Shown: positions 9,171-19,671, numbered from the stretch's first letter. The stretch is DNA of 64,000 nucleotides from Acholeplasmatales bacterium (GCA_024698125.1 JAILRQ010000014.1:2679-66678), one strand, 5' to 3'. Notes: generated by a model from the sequence alone, not told the origin. Made by a program: numbers and translations.

Positions 9171-10211
9171 CTATTTCTTTAGACTATCAATATAGAGTGC
9201 CATAGACATAATATTAGCAAGATTCTCTAATAATACTAAGTCCTCATTCTGCCAAATACGTCCTGTATCAACCGATACCATATCCGCTCTTAGTATTCCA
9301 AACACCTTGCCATAAGCCCTTAGAATACAAATAAACTCTGCATATATTCCCTGCTCTACAAAGCTCTTATAAAGCTTTGATTCTAAATGCTTAGATCCAA
9401 TTACTGTATTTTCATAGAATACTCCATTATCAGATACATATTCTACTACTGACTCTACTCCAAATGGAGCATATACTCTATCCTTAAATAAAGGCTGGAA
9501 GTATTCATGCCTTAATCCATCCTTATCCTCAATACATAAATGATCTATTAAAAGATATGGTCCCACAAAATCTATTGCCTGCTTAATATTTTCATCAACG
9601 CTTCTCTTTTCATTGGTTAAAATATTAAAAATCTTAGCATGTAGATGAATTGGTGAATAAACCTTTTCTCTGAATGTTTGAAGAGCAATATTTGCATGCT
9701 TCTCTGGTAGATAGATTATAAAGCAATTTCTTCCCTTTACCTTACCTCTATATAAAGCCTTATCAGCTAATGTAAATAGCTCATCAATATTTGTTGTGTT
9801 CTCTGGGAAGCGAGAGCATCCCATAGTATATGAAATATTGATTGAGCTTTCACTAAACTCAAGTCTTGTTCCAGATTTTAATACTCTAAATAATATTTTC
9901 CAGACAGTATCATAATCTACAAGATATGGGAAAACAAAGATGAACTCATCTCCACCATATCTTCCGACAAACCCTTTACCATCTGTCTCCTTTTGCAATG
10001 ACTTAGCAACAATCTTTAGGACCTCATCTCCCATTTGATGTCCATAATTATCGTTTACAAGCTTAAAATTATCGATATCTAGAATAGCAAATGTAAAAGG
10101 TACATTTTGCTCAATTAGATGCTCGGCATAAAACATAATGGCATCTCTTCTAAATATTCTAGTAAGCTCATCTGGGTCTGCATGTAGTTGTTCAAAAAAC
10201 TCATTAGTCAT
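9171..10211 (-). CDS. GGDEF-domain diguanylate cyclase with C-terminal GAF-like domain
   Basis: DIDNFKLVNDNYGHQMGD and RYGGDEFIFVF (intact GGDEF). It ends 18 nt upstream of the HD-GYP sensor gene. Confidence 0.85.
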   Translation of the reverse strand: MTNEFFEQLHADPDELTRIFRRDAIMFYAEHLIEQNVPFTFAILDIDNFKLVNDNYGHQMGDEVLKIVAKSLQKETDGKGFVGRYGGDEFIFVFPYLVDYDTVWKILFRVLKSGTRLEFSESSINISYTMGCSRFPENTTNIDELFTLADKALYRGKVKGRNCFIIYLPEKHANIALQTFREKVYSPIHLHAKIFNILTNEKRSVDENIKQAIDFVGPYLLIDHLCIEDKDGLRHEYFQPLFKDRVYAPFGVESVVEYVSDNGVFYENTVIGSKHLESKLYKSFVEQGIYAEFICILRAYGKVFGILRADMVSVDTGRIWQNEDLVLLENLANIMSMALYIDSLKK

Positions 10212-10290
10212 AATAACACCCCATTTAATTAATACCTGTTTAATTAATTATATCACATAAAACCTTTAATTAAAACAAGTGTAGGTAACA

Positions 10291-10314
10291 AAAAAGGCTC
10301 AAGCGAGCCTTTTT
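10291..10314 (-). terminator. rho-independent terminator
   Basis: aaaaaggctc-aagc-gagccttttt; T-run on the minus strand after the flavin reductase gene. Confidence 0.7.
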
Positions 10315-10316
10315 CA

Positions 10317-10871
10317 TTACTTATTTAATGTTTGACCAATCTTGAATGCATCCGCAACCACTTCACCACTAAGTAATAAATACTTATGGTTAACTGGATC
10401 AAAGGATACTGCCTCAAGCTTTTTAGGATCAATTTTCCCATCAGTTAATATACTTTCATCTGCTTGAATTGCAACTATATCTGCAATTACATGATAGTCA
10501 TCATCAACAGAACGTACAGTACACTCAAGTGTTAATGGATACTCCTTAAATAAAGGTGCATTAACATTTGGAGCCTTAACCTCAGTAAGGCCTGCCTTTT
10601 TAACCTTATCTGGAACATTATCTCCTGATACAATTCCTACATAATCAGATTGTGCTATAGTTTTTTTAGTCGCAAATGAGATTGTTAAGGCCTTATCTCT
10701 TATAAGGTTTAGGGTAGTCCTATGCTTTGCAAGATTTAAGATTACTGTATTGTAATCGTAAATTGAAACCCAAGCTGCATTCATAGCATTTGCGCTACCA
10801 TCCTCATTATATGTACCAATAATGGCTACTGCTAGTGGATAAAACCACGTATTCTTCTTAAACTCTTTCAT
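10317..10871 (-). CDS. flavin reductase-like FMN-binding protein
   Basis: 184 aa. Overall resemblance to the Flavin_Reduct family (PLAVAIIGTY...AMNAAW). Confidence 0.6.
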   Translation of the reverse strand: MKEFKKNTWFYPLAVAIIGTYNEDGSANAMNAAWVSIYDYNTVILNLAKHRTTLNLIRDKALTISFATKKTIAQSDYVGIVSGDNVPDKVKKAGLTEVKAPNVNAPLFKEYPLTLECTVRSVDDDYHVIADIVAIQADESILTDGKIDPKKLEAVSFDPVNHKYLLLSGEVVADAFKIGQTLNK

Positions 10872-10904
10872 AATATCAATCCCTTCTTCTTAATTATATC
10901 ACTA

Positions 10905-11561
10905 TTATCTTTTAATGATAATAGGCTTTTCCATAACCATACCCTGTTTAGCATTTTTCTTACATTTTACAACAAAAACATTGCTATATTTCTTATTATC
11001 ATCAAAAACCATCTTACATACCTTTGGCCAAAGATTATGCTTTCTAAGCTCAATCATACAATCATCCATACGAGATGTAAGATATAAGAAATAAAGTGTA
11101 CCATTATCCTTAAGATTACGTGAGATACTATCAATAAGCTCAGATAATGTAAATAGTGATTCATGCTTTGCAAGATTCTTATATTTATTATCTGCCTTAT
11201 TAGCCTCATCGGTTTTAAAATATGGAGGATTACAAATAATTACATCTACAGGATCCTCCCTGTAGGTTAAAATATTTGCTTCCTTAAGAGTACAATAATC
11301 TATATTATTAAGCTCCATATTCTTCTTTGCAAGCTCTAAGGCACGAGTGTTTATATCAATTCCAATCATTTTTTTAGGATTCCATCTAGAAGCATATAAT
11401 AATAACGCTCCTGTGTTAGTACCCATATCAAGTACAGTATCATTTTTATATACCTCAACAAACTCACCTAAAACAGTTGTATCAGTATTAATTAAAAACA
11501 TATCAGTATCCTGATAAATCTTTATATCCTCATGTCCTTCAATAAAATCTAATCTAATCAT
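10905..11561 (-). CDS. SAM-dependent N6-adenine methyltransferase, TrmN6/YfiC-like
   Basis: Motif I VLDMGTNTGALLL and motif IV IICNPPYFK. Confidence 0.7.
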   Translation of the reverse strand: MIRLDFIEGHEDIKIYQDTDMFLINTDTTVLGEFVEVYKNDTVLDMGTNTGALLLYASRWNPKKMIGIDINTRALELAKKNMELNNIDYCTLKEANILTYREDPVDVIICNPPYFKTDEANKADNKYKNLAKHESLFTLSELIDSISRNLKDNGTLYFLYLTSRMDDCMIELRKHNLWPKVCKMVFDDNKKYSNVFVVKCKKNAKQGMVMEKPIIIKR

Positions 11562-12040
11562 ATATCCTTATCCATCCAAACTACTGAATGCCAAGCATTC
11601 ATCTTATAGCCTACATTAAGCATTCTTCCACATTCCTTAAATCCCATTCTTTCATGAAATGATATACTTCTTTCATTAGATAATGTGATACAAGAAATAA
11701 TCTTTTTAAATCCCTTTTCCATGGCTATCTCCTCAAGCCTTTTATAAAGGGCAGAGCCAATACCCTTATTAATAAGCCCATTCTTTAAATATATTGAAAG
11801 GTCTGCTGAAAAGCGATATGCACTCCTCTCGCTAAAATAAGATAAATATGCATACCCTAAAACCTTACCATCCTCTACATATACAATATATGGGAAAATA
11901 TTCTTAATAGAGTCAATTCTTTCCTTCATTTTGGAGTATGATAGCTCCTCCTCTTCAAAGGTAATTGCTGTGTTTTTAATATAGTAATTATAGATATCTG
12001 TGATATCCTTATAATCACTATCATTTACAAATCTTATCAT
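11558..12040 (-). CDS. GNAT family N-acetyltransferase (phosphinothricin acetyltransferase-like)
   Basis: NKGIGSALYKRLEE is the acetyl-CoA binding motif. ATG at 12040 (MIRFVNDSDY). ATGA overlap with the downstream gene. Confidence 0.75.
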   Translation of the reverse strand: MIRFVNDSDYKDITDIYNYYIKNTAITFEEEELSYSKMKERIDSIKNIFPYIVYVEDGKVLGYAYLSYFSERSAYRFSADLSIYLKNGLINKGIGSALYKRLEEIAMEKGFKKIISCITLSNERSISFHERMGFKECGRMLNVGYKMNAWHSVVWMDKDI

Positions 12041-12161
12041 AATACCGCCCTTTTCTATCCCCACTAATATTATTATATAAAAAAATATCTTATAATAAAA
12101 TCTTTTTAATTCACTTTTTCATCTCTAAAGACTATAATAGGTATTACTTGGAGGTTTTATT

Positions 12162-13364
12162 ATGTCATTATTAGATAGATTTTTAAAATATGTTAAGGTT
12201 GATACAATGTCTGATGATAAAAATGCAGATTGTACTCCTTCAACTAAAAAGCAATTTGATTTAGCAAACATCCTAAAGGATGAGCTAATAGGACTTGGTC
12301 TTAAGGATGTTATGATTAACGAATACTGTACAGTATACGCAACTCTTCCTGCAAACCAAAAGGGATATGATAAAATTGGTTTTCTAGCTCACATGGATAC
12401 AATACCTGAGCTATCAGGTAGCAATGTTAAGCCTAATGTTGTAGTTTTTGATGGTACACCTATAAGGCTTGGTAATACTAATAAGTATTTATCACAAGAT
12501 GAGTTTTCTTCTTTAAAGAAGCAAATAGGTCATACCCTTATTACAACTGATGGTACAACAGTTCTTGGTTGTGATGATAAGGGTGGAGTAGCTATTATTA
12601 TGCAGATGCTTGAGGATATCATCACAAAGAATCTTCCTCATGGAGAAATACATGTAGCATTCACACCAGATGAGGAGATTGGTACAGGAGTTTTAAAGTT
12701 TGATACATCAAAATTCCCTGTAGACTATGCCTATACAGTTGATGGAGGAGATCCTTGTGAGTTCTCTTATGAAACATTTAATGCGGCACAGGCTACAGTA
12801 AATATTAAAGGATTTGAAATCCATCCTGGATTTGCAAAGGATAAGATGATTAATGCTTCTTTAGTTGCAATGGAGTTTAATAGCCTATTAAATCCAAATG
12901 AAAGACCTGAATATACACAAGGATATGATGGATTTAATCATCTTACAGAAATTACTGGTTCTATTGGTAGTGCATCAATGCATTATATTATAAGAAACCA
13001 TAGCCTAGATTTACTAGAAAAGCAAAAGCAGGAATTCTATAACGCAGCTCTTTTCTTAAATAAAAAATATCCTAATTCAGTAAGTGTTGAAATAAAGGAT
13101 CAATACAAGAATATGAGAGTTCTAATTGAAAAGGATATGAGATGTGTTGATAAGGCCTTAAATGCTTATAAGAGTGCTGGTGTTGATGTATTTTGTGCTG
13201 CTACTCGTGGTGGTACTGATGGTTCTCAGCTTACATTTATGGGAATTAATACACCAAACCTAGGTACAGGTGGGTATAATGAGCATGGAGTCTTTGAGTA
13301 TGCTGACCTTAACGAAATGACTAAAATGCTTGAGGTAGCAACCCTAATTGCTACTACAAAGTAA
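12162..13364 (+). CDS. pepT: peptidase T (tripeptide aminopeptidase, M20B)
   Basis: MSLLDRFLKYVKVDTMSD, AHMDT, GCDDKGGVA and TPDEEIG are metal-ligand motifs. 400 aa. Confidence 0.9.
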   Translation: MSLLDRFLKYVKVDTMSDDKNADCTPSTKKQFDLANILKDELIGLGLKDVMINEYCTVYATLPANQKGYDKIGFLAHMDTIPELSGSNVKPNVVVFDGTPIRLGNTNKYLSQDEFSSLKKQIGHTLITTDGTTVLGCDDKGGVAIIMQMLEDIITKNLPHGEIHVAFTPDEEIGTGVLKFDTSKFPVDYAYTVDGGDPCEFSYETFNAAQATVNIKGFEIHPGFAKDKMINASLVAMEFNSLLNPNERPEYTQGYDGFNHLTEITGSIGSASMHYIIRNHSLDLLEKQKQEFYNAALFLNKKYPNSVSVEIKDQYKNMRVLIEKDMRCVDKALNAYKSAGVDVFCAATRGGTDGSQLTFMGINTPNLGTGGYNEHGVFEYADLNEMTKMLEVATLIATTK

Positions 13365-13366
13365 AC

Positions 13367-13392
13367 AAAAAGCACCCCACGGTGCTTTTTTT
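13367..13392. terminator. bidirectional terminator between pepT and tcdA
   Basis: aaaa-agcacc-ccac-ggtgct-ttttttt. Confidence 0.75.
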
Positions 13393-14101
13393 ATTTTATT
13401 AAATCCTTTATAACCTCAGATGCAATTAAAAGACCACATGATGCAGGAACCCATGCATTTGAACCAGGTAGTGCTCTTCTTACTCCCTTATCCTCATCTA
13501 TAGATGTAGAGTCTACTGCTATTGGCTTTTCAGTAGAATATACTACCTTTAGCTTTTTAACTCCTCTTTTTCTAAGCTCATATCTCATAACACGAGCTAA
13601 AGGGTCTGTATCTGTTTTATAGATATCACAAGCCTTAAAGGCCTGTGGGTCTAGCTTATTTCCAGCTCCCATAGATGAAATAACATTAATACCTGCCTCC
13701 TCTGCCTTTAATATTATTTCTATTTTGGCAGTGACTGTGTCTACACAGTCTATGGCATAATCATATTTTTTAAAATCAAAGATATTACTATTTTCAGGAA
13801 GTAGGAAGGTATTATATACCTCAACTGTGGCATTAGGATTAATAGATAATATTCTTTTCTTACAAGCATCAACCTTTGGCATACCAATACTATCGTGGGT
13901 TGCGATTATCTGACGATTTATGTTTGTTAGAGATACTTTGTCATTATCTACAAGAACAAAGTGTCCTACACCAGTTCTTGCAAGGGCCTCACATACATAC
14001 CCTCCAACGCCACCAACTCCAAAGATAGCTACAGTCTTATTATTTAGTTTTTCTATATTATCCTCACCAAGCAGTAAGGCTGTTCTTTGAAATTGATTCA
14101 T
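13391..14101 (-). CDS. tcdA: tRNA threonylcarbamoyladenosine dehydratase (ThiF/E1-like)
   Basis: IFGVGGVGGYVCEALARTGVGHFVLVDNDKVSLTNINRQ is the Rossmann/E1 motif. 236 aa. Confidence 0.8.
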   Translation of the reverse strand: MNQFQRTALLLGEDNIEKLNNKTVAIFGVGGVGGYVCEALARTGVGHFVLVDNDKVSLTNINRQIIATHDSIGMPKVDACKKRILSINPNATVEVYNTFLLPENSNIFDFKKYDYAIDCVDTVTAKIEIILKAEEAGINVISSMGAGNKLDPQAFKACDIYKTDTDPLARVMRYELRKRGVKKLKVVYSTEKPIAVDSTSIDEDKGVRRALPGSNAWVPASCGLLIASEVIKDLIK

Positions 14102-14113
14102 TATAATCCTCTT

Positions 14114-15244
14114 TTATTTATTATTTCTTTTCTCCAAACGCTCATTCCAAATCTCAAGCATTCTAATTGCTGATTTTTCAACGGTAAGCTTTGAAGCCCA
14201 AGCTTGATAATTTTCTGAAGCCTCCTTAAGCTTTTCTGGTGAATCATACCAGTAATCAATTCTTTTCGCAAGCTCCTTATAATCTCTTGCTTTAAACTTG
14301 TTGTTCTTTGAAATAGCATATTGAGATGTTGCACTTAATCTAGAATCTGCAATAATAGGAACACATCCTCCTGCAAATCCCTCCATAAGGCTCATACCCT
14401 CAACCTCAACATCAGCGCAGTGAACAATAAGGTCTGCATATGATGTAACATTCATAAGCTCCTCACGAGTCATAAACTTCATAATTGGCTTATTTAAAAG
14501 CTTTGATCCAAGCTTCTCATATTTCTTCCTTAAAGGACCCTGTCCTGCCATAATAAGGACAATATTATCCTTATGATGACATAGGTTTAAGGCCTTTAAT
14601 AAAGTCTTTTGATTCTTTTCAACACTAAATCTTCCAACAGATAGGATAACCATCTTATCCTCATATTCTAAAGGCTTATTAGTACGAGCAAGAATTCTAT
14701 CTGGAGTTATACCATTTGTTATAACCTCCATATCAGCCTTATAATTATTCTTCTTTAATCTATCCATTACAGTTTGGGTAGGACATTGGATAAACTCACA
14801 ATACTTATAAGACATTGATCTAAACCAAATGTTTAGACAGTAATTTAAAAATCTCCAATGTCCTAAGTGAATTGATGAAACAATATTTTCTGGGAATAGA
14901 TGGTATGTACCAGTTATAAGCTTTCCCATTTTTTTAGCAATTTTTGCAGTAGTATTTTGAATAAAGAATGGCTCCTCAAGATGAACGACATCTGCCCACT
15001 CACATGCCTCTTTAATAACCTTCTTATTAACCTTAGCAAATACATATCCCTGCTTTTCAATTAAAGCTTCAAACGGATGTATTTCCTTCTTCTCAAGACT
15101 ATAATAGGTCTTTCCATAGCTTTTACCAGATAAAACTCTTACCTCAGCCCCAAGCTTTAAAAACTCCTCACAAAATCTTTGGGTTGAAATAGAAAGTCCA
15201 TTTGTTTTAGCATAAAACTCATTTACAACTAATAATATTTTCAT
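14114..15244 (-). CDS. glycosyltransferase family 4
   Basis: 376 aa. GRFSVEKNQKTLL plus a C-terminal E-x7-E-like region (EGMSLMEGFAGGCVPI). Confidence 0.75.
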   Translation of the reverse strand: MKILLVVNEFYAKTNGLSISTQRFCEEFLKLGAEVRVLSGKSYGKTYYSLEKKEIHPFEALIEKQGYVFAKVNKKVIKEACEWADVVHLEEPFFIQNTTAKIAKKMGKLITGTYHLFPENIVSSIHLGHWRFLNYCLNIWFRSMSYKYCEFIQCPTQTVMDRLKKNNYKADMEVITNGITPDRILARTNKPLEYEDKMVILSVGRFSVEKNQKTLLKALNLCHHKDNIVLIMAGQGPLRKKYEKLGSKLLNKPIMKFMTREELMNVTSYADLIVHCADVEVEGMSLMEGFAGGCVPIIADSRLSATSQYAISKNNKFKARDYKELAKRIDYWYDSPEKLKEASENYQAWASKLTVEKSAIRMLEIWNERLEKRNNK

Positions 15245-15308
15245 ATTTAAAACCTCGATTTATAACTAATATAATTATAGCACCATATTTATTTAAAATA
15301 AATATCTC

Positions 15309-16418
15309 CTATGTTATATCAGCATCAAGCACTACAAGGAATTTGTAGGCTGGATATAGTGCCTGTATCTGCTCTTTAATATCTGATATAGTCTGCTCTG
15401 GTGTATTACAGCAGAAATCAATTATTAAATCAAAGGATACAACAAGGTTTGCCTCATCAACGAAGAATCCATGCATCTCTAAAACCTCTGGGAAGGCACT
15501 TATAATACGCTCTAGATCTTTTTTTATTTCTGGTGAAAGATTTTCTCTTGCATATATTCCAAGAGTAAGGATTACTCCATATCTTTCGAATACATCCTCC
15601 TGGATGTGCTTTGTAATAATATGGATTTCATGAGCAGTCATATTCTCATCAACCTCCATATGGGCTGAAGCTATCTTCTTATTTTCACCATATGAATTAA
15701 TAATTAAATCATAAAATCCTAAAGCCTCATCATGCTCTAAAACTGTTTCCTTAATATTTTTAACAAGCTCTGCATCGCTTCTTTCTCCAATAACTGAAGA
15801 AAGTGATTCCTTTAAAATATCAATACCAGCCTTTATAATGAATAAACCAATGATAATTCCAAGTGCCGCTTCAACACTAAAGCTTGGACTTGCAAAATAG
15901 GTAATAAGAGCTGCTACTAATGTTGAAAATGATAATACTGAATCCATTAAGGCATCAGTTCCTGAGGCCTTAAGTGAATCACTATTAACTCTTTTTCCAT
16001 TACGGATAAAAATAGTACCAATTATAATCTTAAACACTACAGCAATTCCTACAACCACAAGAGCTACAACACTATATTCTGCACTATTTCCATCCTTAGT
16101 AGATGAAATAAGTGATTTAATAGACTCAAAAATCGCAGTAGCACCTGCTAAAAGTACAATGAATCCAATAAGTGTTGATGTTAGATATTCAATTCTTCCA
16201 TAACCAAACGGATGCTTTCTTGTAGGTCTTTTATTAGAAAGCTTTGTACCAATAATTGTAATTATTGAGGAAAGCGCATCTGTTAAGTTGTTAACAGCAT
16301 CTAATACAATGGCAATAGATCCTGCAATAAGACCTATAATAGCCTTACAAACAACAAGGATTATATTTCCTATAATACCAAATACGGACGTTCTAATTAT
16401 TGTCTGTTCTCTAGTCAT
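15309..16418 (-). CDS. cation diffusion facilitator family transporter
   Basis: Six TM helices plus a C-terminal cytoplasmic domain. AIVLDAVNNLTDALSS is a typical CDF TM2 motif. ATG at 16418 with SD GGGAG. Confidence 0.8.
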   Translation of the reverse strand: MTREQTIIRTSVFGIIGNIILVVCKAIIGLIAGSIAIVLDAVNNLTDALSSIITIIGTKLSNKRPTRKHPFGYGRIEYLTSTLIGFIVLLAGATAIFESIKSLISSTKDGNSAEYSVVALVVVGIAVVFKIIIGTIFIRNGKRVNSDSLKASGTDALMDSVLSFSTLVAALITYFASPSFSVEAALGIIIGLFIIKAGIDILKESLSSVIGERSDAELVKNIKETVLEHDEALGFYDLIINSYGENKKIASAHMEVDENMTAHEIHIITKHIQEDVFERYGVILTLGIYARENLSPEIKKDLERIISAFPEVLEMHGFFVDEANLVVSFDLIIDFCCNTPEQTISDIKEQIQALYPAYKFLVVLDADIT

Positions 16419-16457
16419 ATAATCATCTCCCAAAACGATATATTATAATTATAACAC

Positions 16458-16478
16458 AAAAAAGACCCATACGGGTCT
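16458..16478 (-). terminator. rho-independent terminator
   Basis: gaccc-gtat-gggtc followed by tttttt on the minus strand. Confidence 0.7.
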
Positions 16479-16487
16479 TAATTGTAA

Positions 16488-17948
16488 TTAATTATCACTA
16501 CGCTTAAAGGCATTCTTCATTTCCATTGATGATGTATATAAGACATTAGATAATACCTTATCTGTTTCCTTCTTACAGCTTTGAGCAATTTCTTCATTAA
16601 TACGCTCAACATCATCCATTGACTTAAATTCCTTTGAAAGCTTATTTAATAGATAATGACAAGATGAATGAAGTGCATCCTGATAACGCTCAATATGAAT
16701 TGAGTTAGATGTAAAATGAGCATCAGCTAAGGCGCTAATAATTCTATTAGCCCAATAGAAATTAGATGTTTGTGGTGTAAGCTCTACATCCTTATAGTAG
16801 CTTGATACATTATGCCCTGATGTAACAAAGGCTGTAAATGCGTTAAATGGGTTAGATGCGAATGTAAACCATAAAACTCCTTGAAGCTCAGGTCTTTCAT
16901 ATCCTCTTATTTGACATAAGGATAGGATAGATGTTCTATTAATACCAATAACTCTATATCTCTTATCCTCAGGACGTCCAAACCTTGAATATGGATCAAA
17001 TGGTGTTCCTTGATAATGAGATGATAGGATATACTTAACATCCTCTACTGTAATCTTATGCTCTGGTACTAGACACCAAGGAATATCATTTGACTCAGGC
17101 TTATACTTAGCCATAGGACCATCAAATCCAAGGCTTGGGTTAAAGTATCTTTCCATAAACCAAGCTCTTGGTGTATTGTATACATGATCAGAATCATCAT
17201 ATGAACCAAAAATAAGTCTTGGGTTTATTACACCATTTTGGTTTAGATTTAGGTGATTTTCATTCATAAAATCAACTAAATCAGCTGAACACATGAAATC
17301 ATTCTGCTTTCCAAAGGCATCCTCAAAATCAAAATAATCAATACCTAGCTGGTTAGGCATAGAAACATACATATCATCTGGTACACGGCGAGCCATCCAG
17401 TGATGTCCTCCTATAGTTTCTAAGAACCATACCTCATCCTTATCATTAAAGGCGATACCATTACTTTCATATGTACCATACTTTTCAAGTAATGAGCCAA
17501 GCCTTTTAACTCCTTCTCTTGCGCTCTTAATATATGGAAGTGTTACAAGAACTAAATCCTCCTCACCAAGACCACCTGGAACCTCAGGATTATCTCCTTC
17601 TGCCTTTTTATATGTAACAAGTGGATCTGCACCAAGGACTCTTGGATTTGTAGTGATAGTTTCTGTTGCAGACATTCCTACATTACACTCATTTATACCT
17701 TGAGCAAGCCATAATCCCTCAGACTCCTTATCAACATTTGGAAATGCTGAATACTCTAGTGGATTATCTGGAAGAGTAATCTCTAAATGTCCTATTACAC
17801 TCTTATAAAGCTTAGGCTGCATATCCTTTGTAACCTTAATCATTTTCTTAACCGCAAACCTACCGTTTGGATTATCATCATTACGGGCAATCATAGTTGA
17901 CCCATCATATGAAGCATTCTTTCCTACTAAAATTGTTGTACATGCCAT
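16488..17948 (-). CDS. C69 family dipeptidase
   Basis: MACTTILVGKNASYDGSTMIARNDD carries the N-terminal Cys nucleophile. ATG at 17948. Confidence 0.85.
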   Translation of the reverse strand: MACTTILVGKNASYDGSTMIARNDDNPNGRFAVKKMIKVTKDMQPKLYKSVIGHLEITLPDNPLEYSAFPNVDKESEGLWLAQGINECNVGMSATETITTNPRVLGADPLVTYKKAEGDNPEVPGGLGEEDLVLVTLPYIKSAREGVKRLGSLLEKYGTYESNGIAFNDKDEVWFLETIGGHHWMARRVPDDMYVSMPNQLGIDYFDFEDAFGKQNDFMCSADLVDFMNENHLNLNQNGVINPRLIFGSYDDSDHVYNTPRAWFMERYFNPSLGFDGPMAKYKPESNDIPWCLVPEHKITVEDVKYILSSHYQGTPFDPYSRFGRPEDKRYRVIGINRTSILSLCQIRGYERPELQGVLWFTFASNPFNAFTAFVTSGHNVSSYYKDVELTPQTSNFYWANRIISALADAHFTSNSIHIERYQDALHSSCHYLLNKLSKEFKSMDDVERINEEIAQSCKKETDKVLSNVLYTSSMEMKNAFKRSDN

Positions 17949-18069
17949 ATTATAAAACCTCTTTCTTTCAACCCTATAAAACAAGAGTATTATATCACAA
18001 AAAGCATATTACTTTTAATTTAATGCATTTTCTAGGATAATAAAGATATAGAGTGGGAGGATATTTAAA

Positions 18070-18336
18070 ATGATAGTAACAGATAATGCCAAGAAATTTT
18101 TAAAAAAGCTTTTCAAGAAAAATGGTCAAGAGGCCATATCACTACAGCAATCTGCAGGATGCTGTGGTGGTGGAACACTAAATATTGCTTATGAGAAGGT
18201 TTATGATGACAAGTATTATTTAGTAAATGATACTAAGGTATATTGCTATAACCTTACAGATGCTGAAATTGAAAATATCGCAATTGATAGTGATGGTAAA
18301 AGAGTAATTATTAAGAGTGTTGATGAGCTTAAGTAA
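18070..18336 (+). CDS. small HesB/IscA-like protein (weak call)
   Basis: 88 aa. MIVTDNAKKFLKKL...SAGCCGGG resembles the HesB/YneR family. Confidence 0.4.
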   Translation: MIVTDNAKKFLKKLFKKNGQEAISLQQSAGCCGGGTLNIAYEKVYDDKYYLVNDTKVYCYNLTDAEIENIAIDSDGKRVIIKSVDELK

Positions 18337-18337
18337 C

Positions 18338-18365
18338 AAAAAAGGAGTTTTAAACTCCTTTTTCT
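18338..18365. terminator. bidirectional terminator
   Basis: aaaaaggagttt-t-aaactccttttt. Confidence 0.7.
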
Positions 18366-18366
18366 T

Positions 18367-19614
18367 TTACTCCTTAGAATAAACCTTAATAACATCCTCT
18401 ACTATCTTAGAATCAATAAAGTTATCTCTTGCCATTTGTCTTAGGATGGCAAAGGTATCATAAAGCTTAAACTCCTTCTTATAGCTTCTTTTTTCAATTA
18501 AAGCCTGGAAGATATCAATAACTGCAAGTAATTTATCCTCAAATGATAAATCACTTTCCTTTAAACCAAAAGGATATCCTGATCCATCAAGCTTTTCATG
18601 ATGACGACCAGCCCAGTTCTTAATATCCTCAATATCTGGAATCTCACTTAATAATAGATATGTCCAATAGGCATGGTTTTTAACTCTATTATATTCAATA
18701 GGTGTTAAAGCTCCTGGCTTTTCTAATATATCATTTGTAACCATAAGCTTTCCAATATCATGGAAGGCTCCAGCAAAATAGAATCTAATTCTTTTCTCCT
18801 TATCAAAGCCATAGTAGTCTGCCATTCTTAAGCACTTAGAGGCTACTCCAAGGGAGTGGCTCTTAGTGGTTGATGATTTATAGTCAATTATCTTACCAAA
18901 GAACTCACAAATATTCATAATTTCTTCATCACTATAATCCTTCTCATAGGTATGAAGCCTTTCCTTAAGGAAGTTAATCTCTCCTACATCCTGCATATGC
19001 TCAATATCCTTGAAGGTTACATATTTAACAAAGGCGTCTAACATTTTCTTACTAAATAGTGTAGACTCAAATGTTTTAAATCTTTCAATAGATTTATTAT
19101 ACATATCCAAATCCATAACCTTTATATCAAACATAACATCAAAAATATCTGCGATATGAATTATTTGAGCCATCTCTGGTGTATCCTGCTCCTTAACCTT
19201 TAAGGGTCCAGTACCATTGGCATTCTCATGATGATATAAAATTACATTCTTAACATTTGTTGAGAAGGGAATAAGCTTAATATTCTCTTCTCCTACAACA
19301 TTATGCCTTGCTTCTCTTAAAAAGCCTTCACGAACATCCTTAGACACAGCTTCCTTTTTAAGCTCCTCATAATCTAAAAGCTCACCATTGTTATACTCCT
19401 CGCGTACATACTCAGTGAAGGCATTATCGTGAAGTATCGCAAGACCTACAAGATCATTTAGCTTAATATCATCATATCCAAGACCTTCTCCAATAAGATA
19501 TGATAATACCGCAACATGCTTACCATGAGCATTTGAAATACCACCCATTTCCTTTTGGACAGTATCAAGGGCATTAGATAGGGCATATAGTGTTTCAGTT
19601 AAATTTAGCTTCAT
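18367..19614 (-). CDS. cytoplasmic tandem HD / HD-GYP domain protein
   Basis: The first HD domain (ILHDNAF, HHENANGTGP) has a degenerate GYP. The second (FHDIGKL, HHEKLDGSGYP) is canonical. ATG at 19614 with SD GGGAAG. Confidence 0.8.
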   Translation of the reverse strand: MKLNLTETLYALSNALDTVQKEMGGISNAHGKHVAVLSYLIGEGLGYDDIKLNDLVGLAILHDNAFTEYVREEYNNGELLDYEELKKEAVSKDVREGFLREARHNVVGEENIKLIPFSTNVKNVILYHHENANGTGPLKVKEQDTPEMAQIIHIADIFDVMFDIKVMDLDMYNKSIERFKTFESTLFSKKMLDAFVKYVTFKDIEHMQDVGEINFLKERLHTYEKDYSDEEIMNICEFFGKIIDYKSSTTKSHSLGVASKCLRMADYYGFDKEKRIRFYFAGAFHDIGKLMVTNDILEKPGALTPIEYNRVKNHAYWTYLLLSEIPDIEDIKNWAGRHHEKLDGSGYPFGLKESDLSFEDKLLAVIDIFQALIEKRSYKKEFKLYDTFAILRQMARDNFIDSKIVEDVIKVYSKE

Positions 19615-19662
19615 ATAAATCACTTCCCATATTAAGATTAATATCGATTATCTTATATAATT

Positions 19663-19671
19663 ATTATACCA
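19663..19671 (-). promoter_or_regulatory. extended -10 promoter element (TGgTATAAT) upstream of the HD-GYP gene
   Basis: Minus strand reads tggtataat, about 45 nt upstream of the ATG at 19614. Confidence 0.45.

Noticed and set aside
14101-14334. 77-aa ORF overlapping the 3' end of the glycosyltransferase gene in another frame
   Set aside because: It is fully nested in a well-supported 376-aa gene and has no SD.
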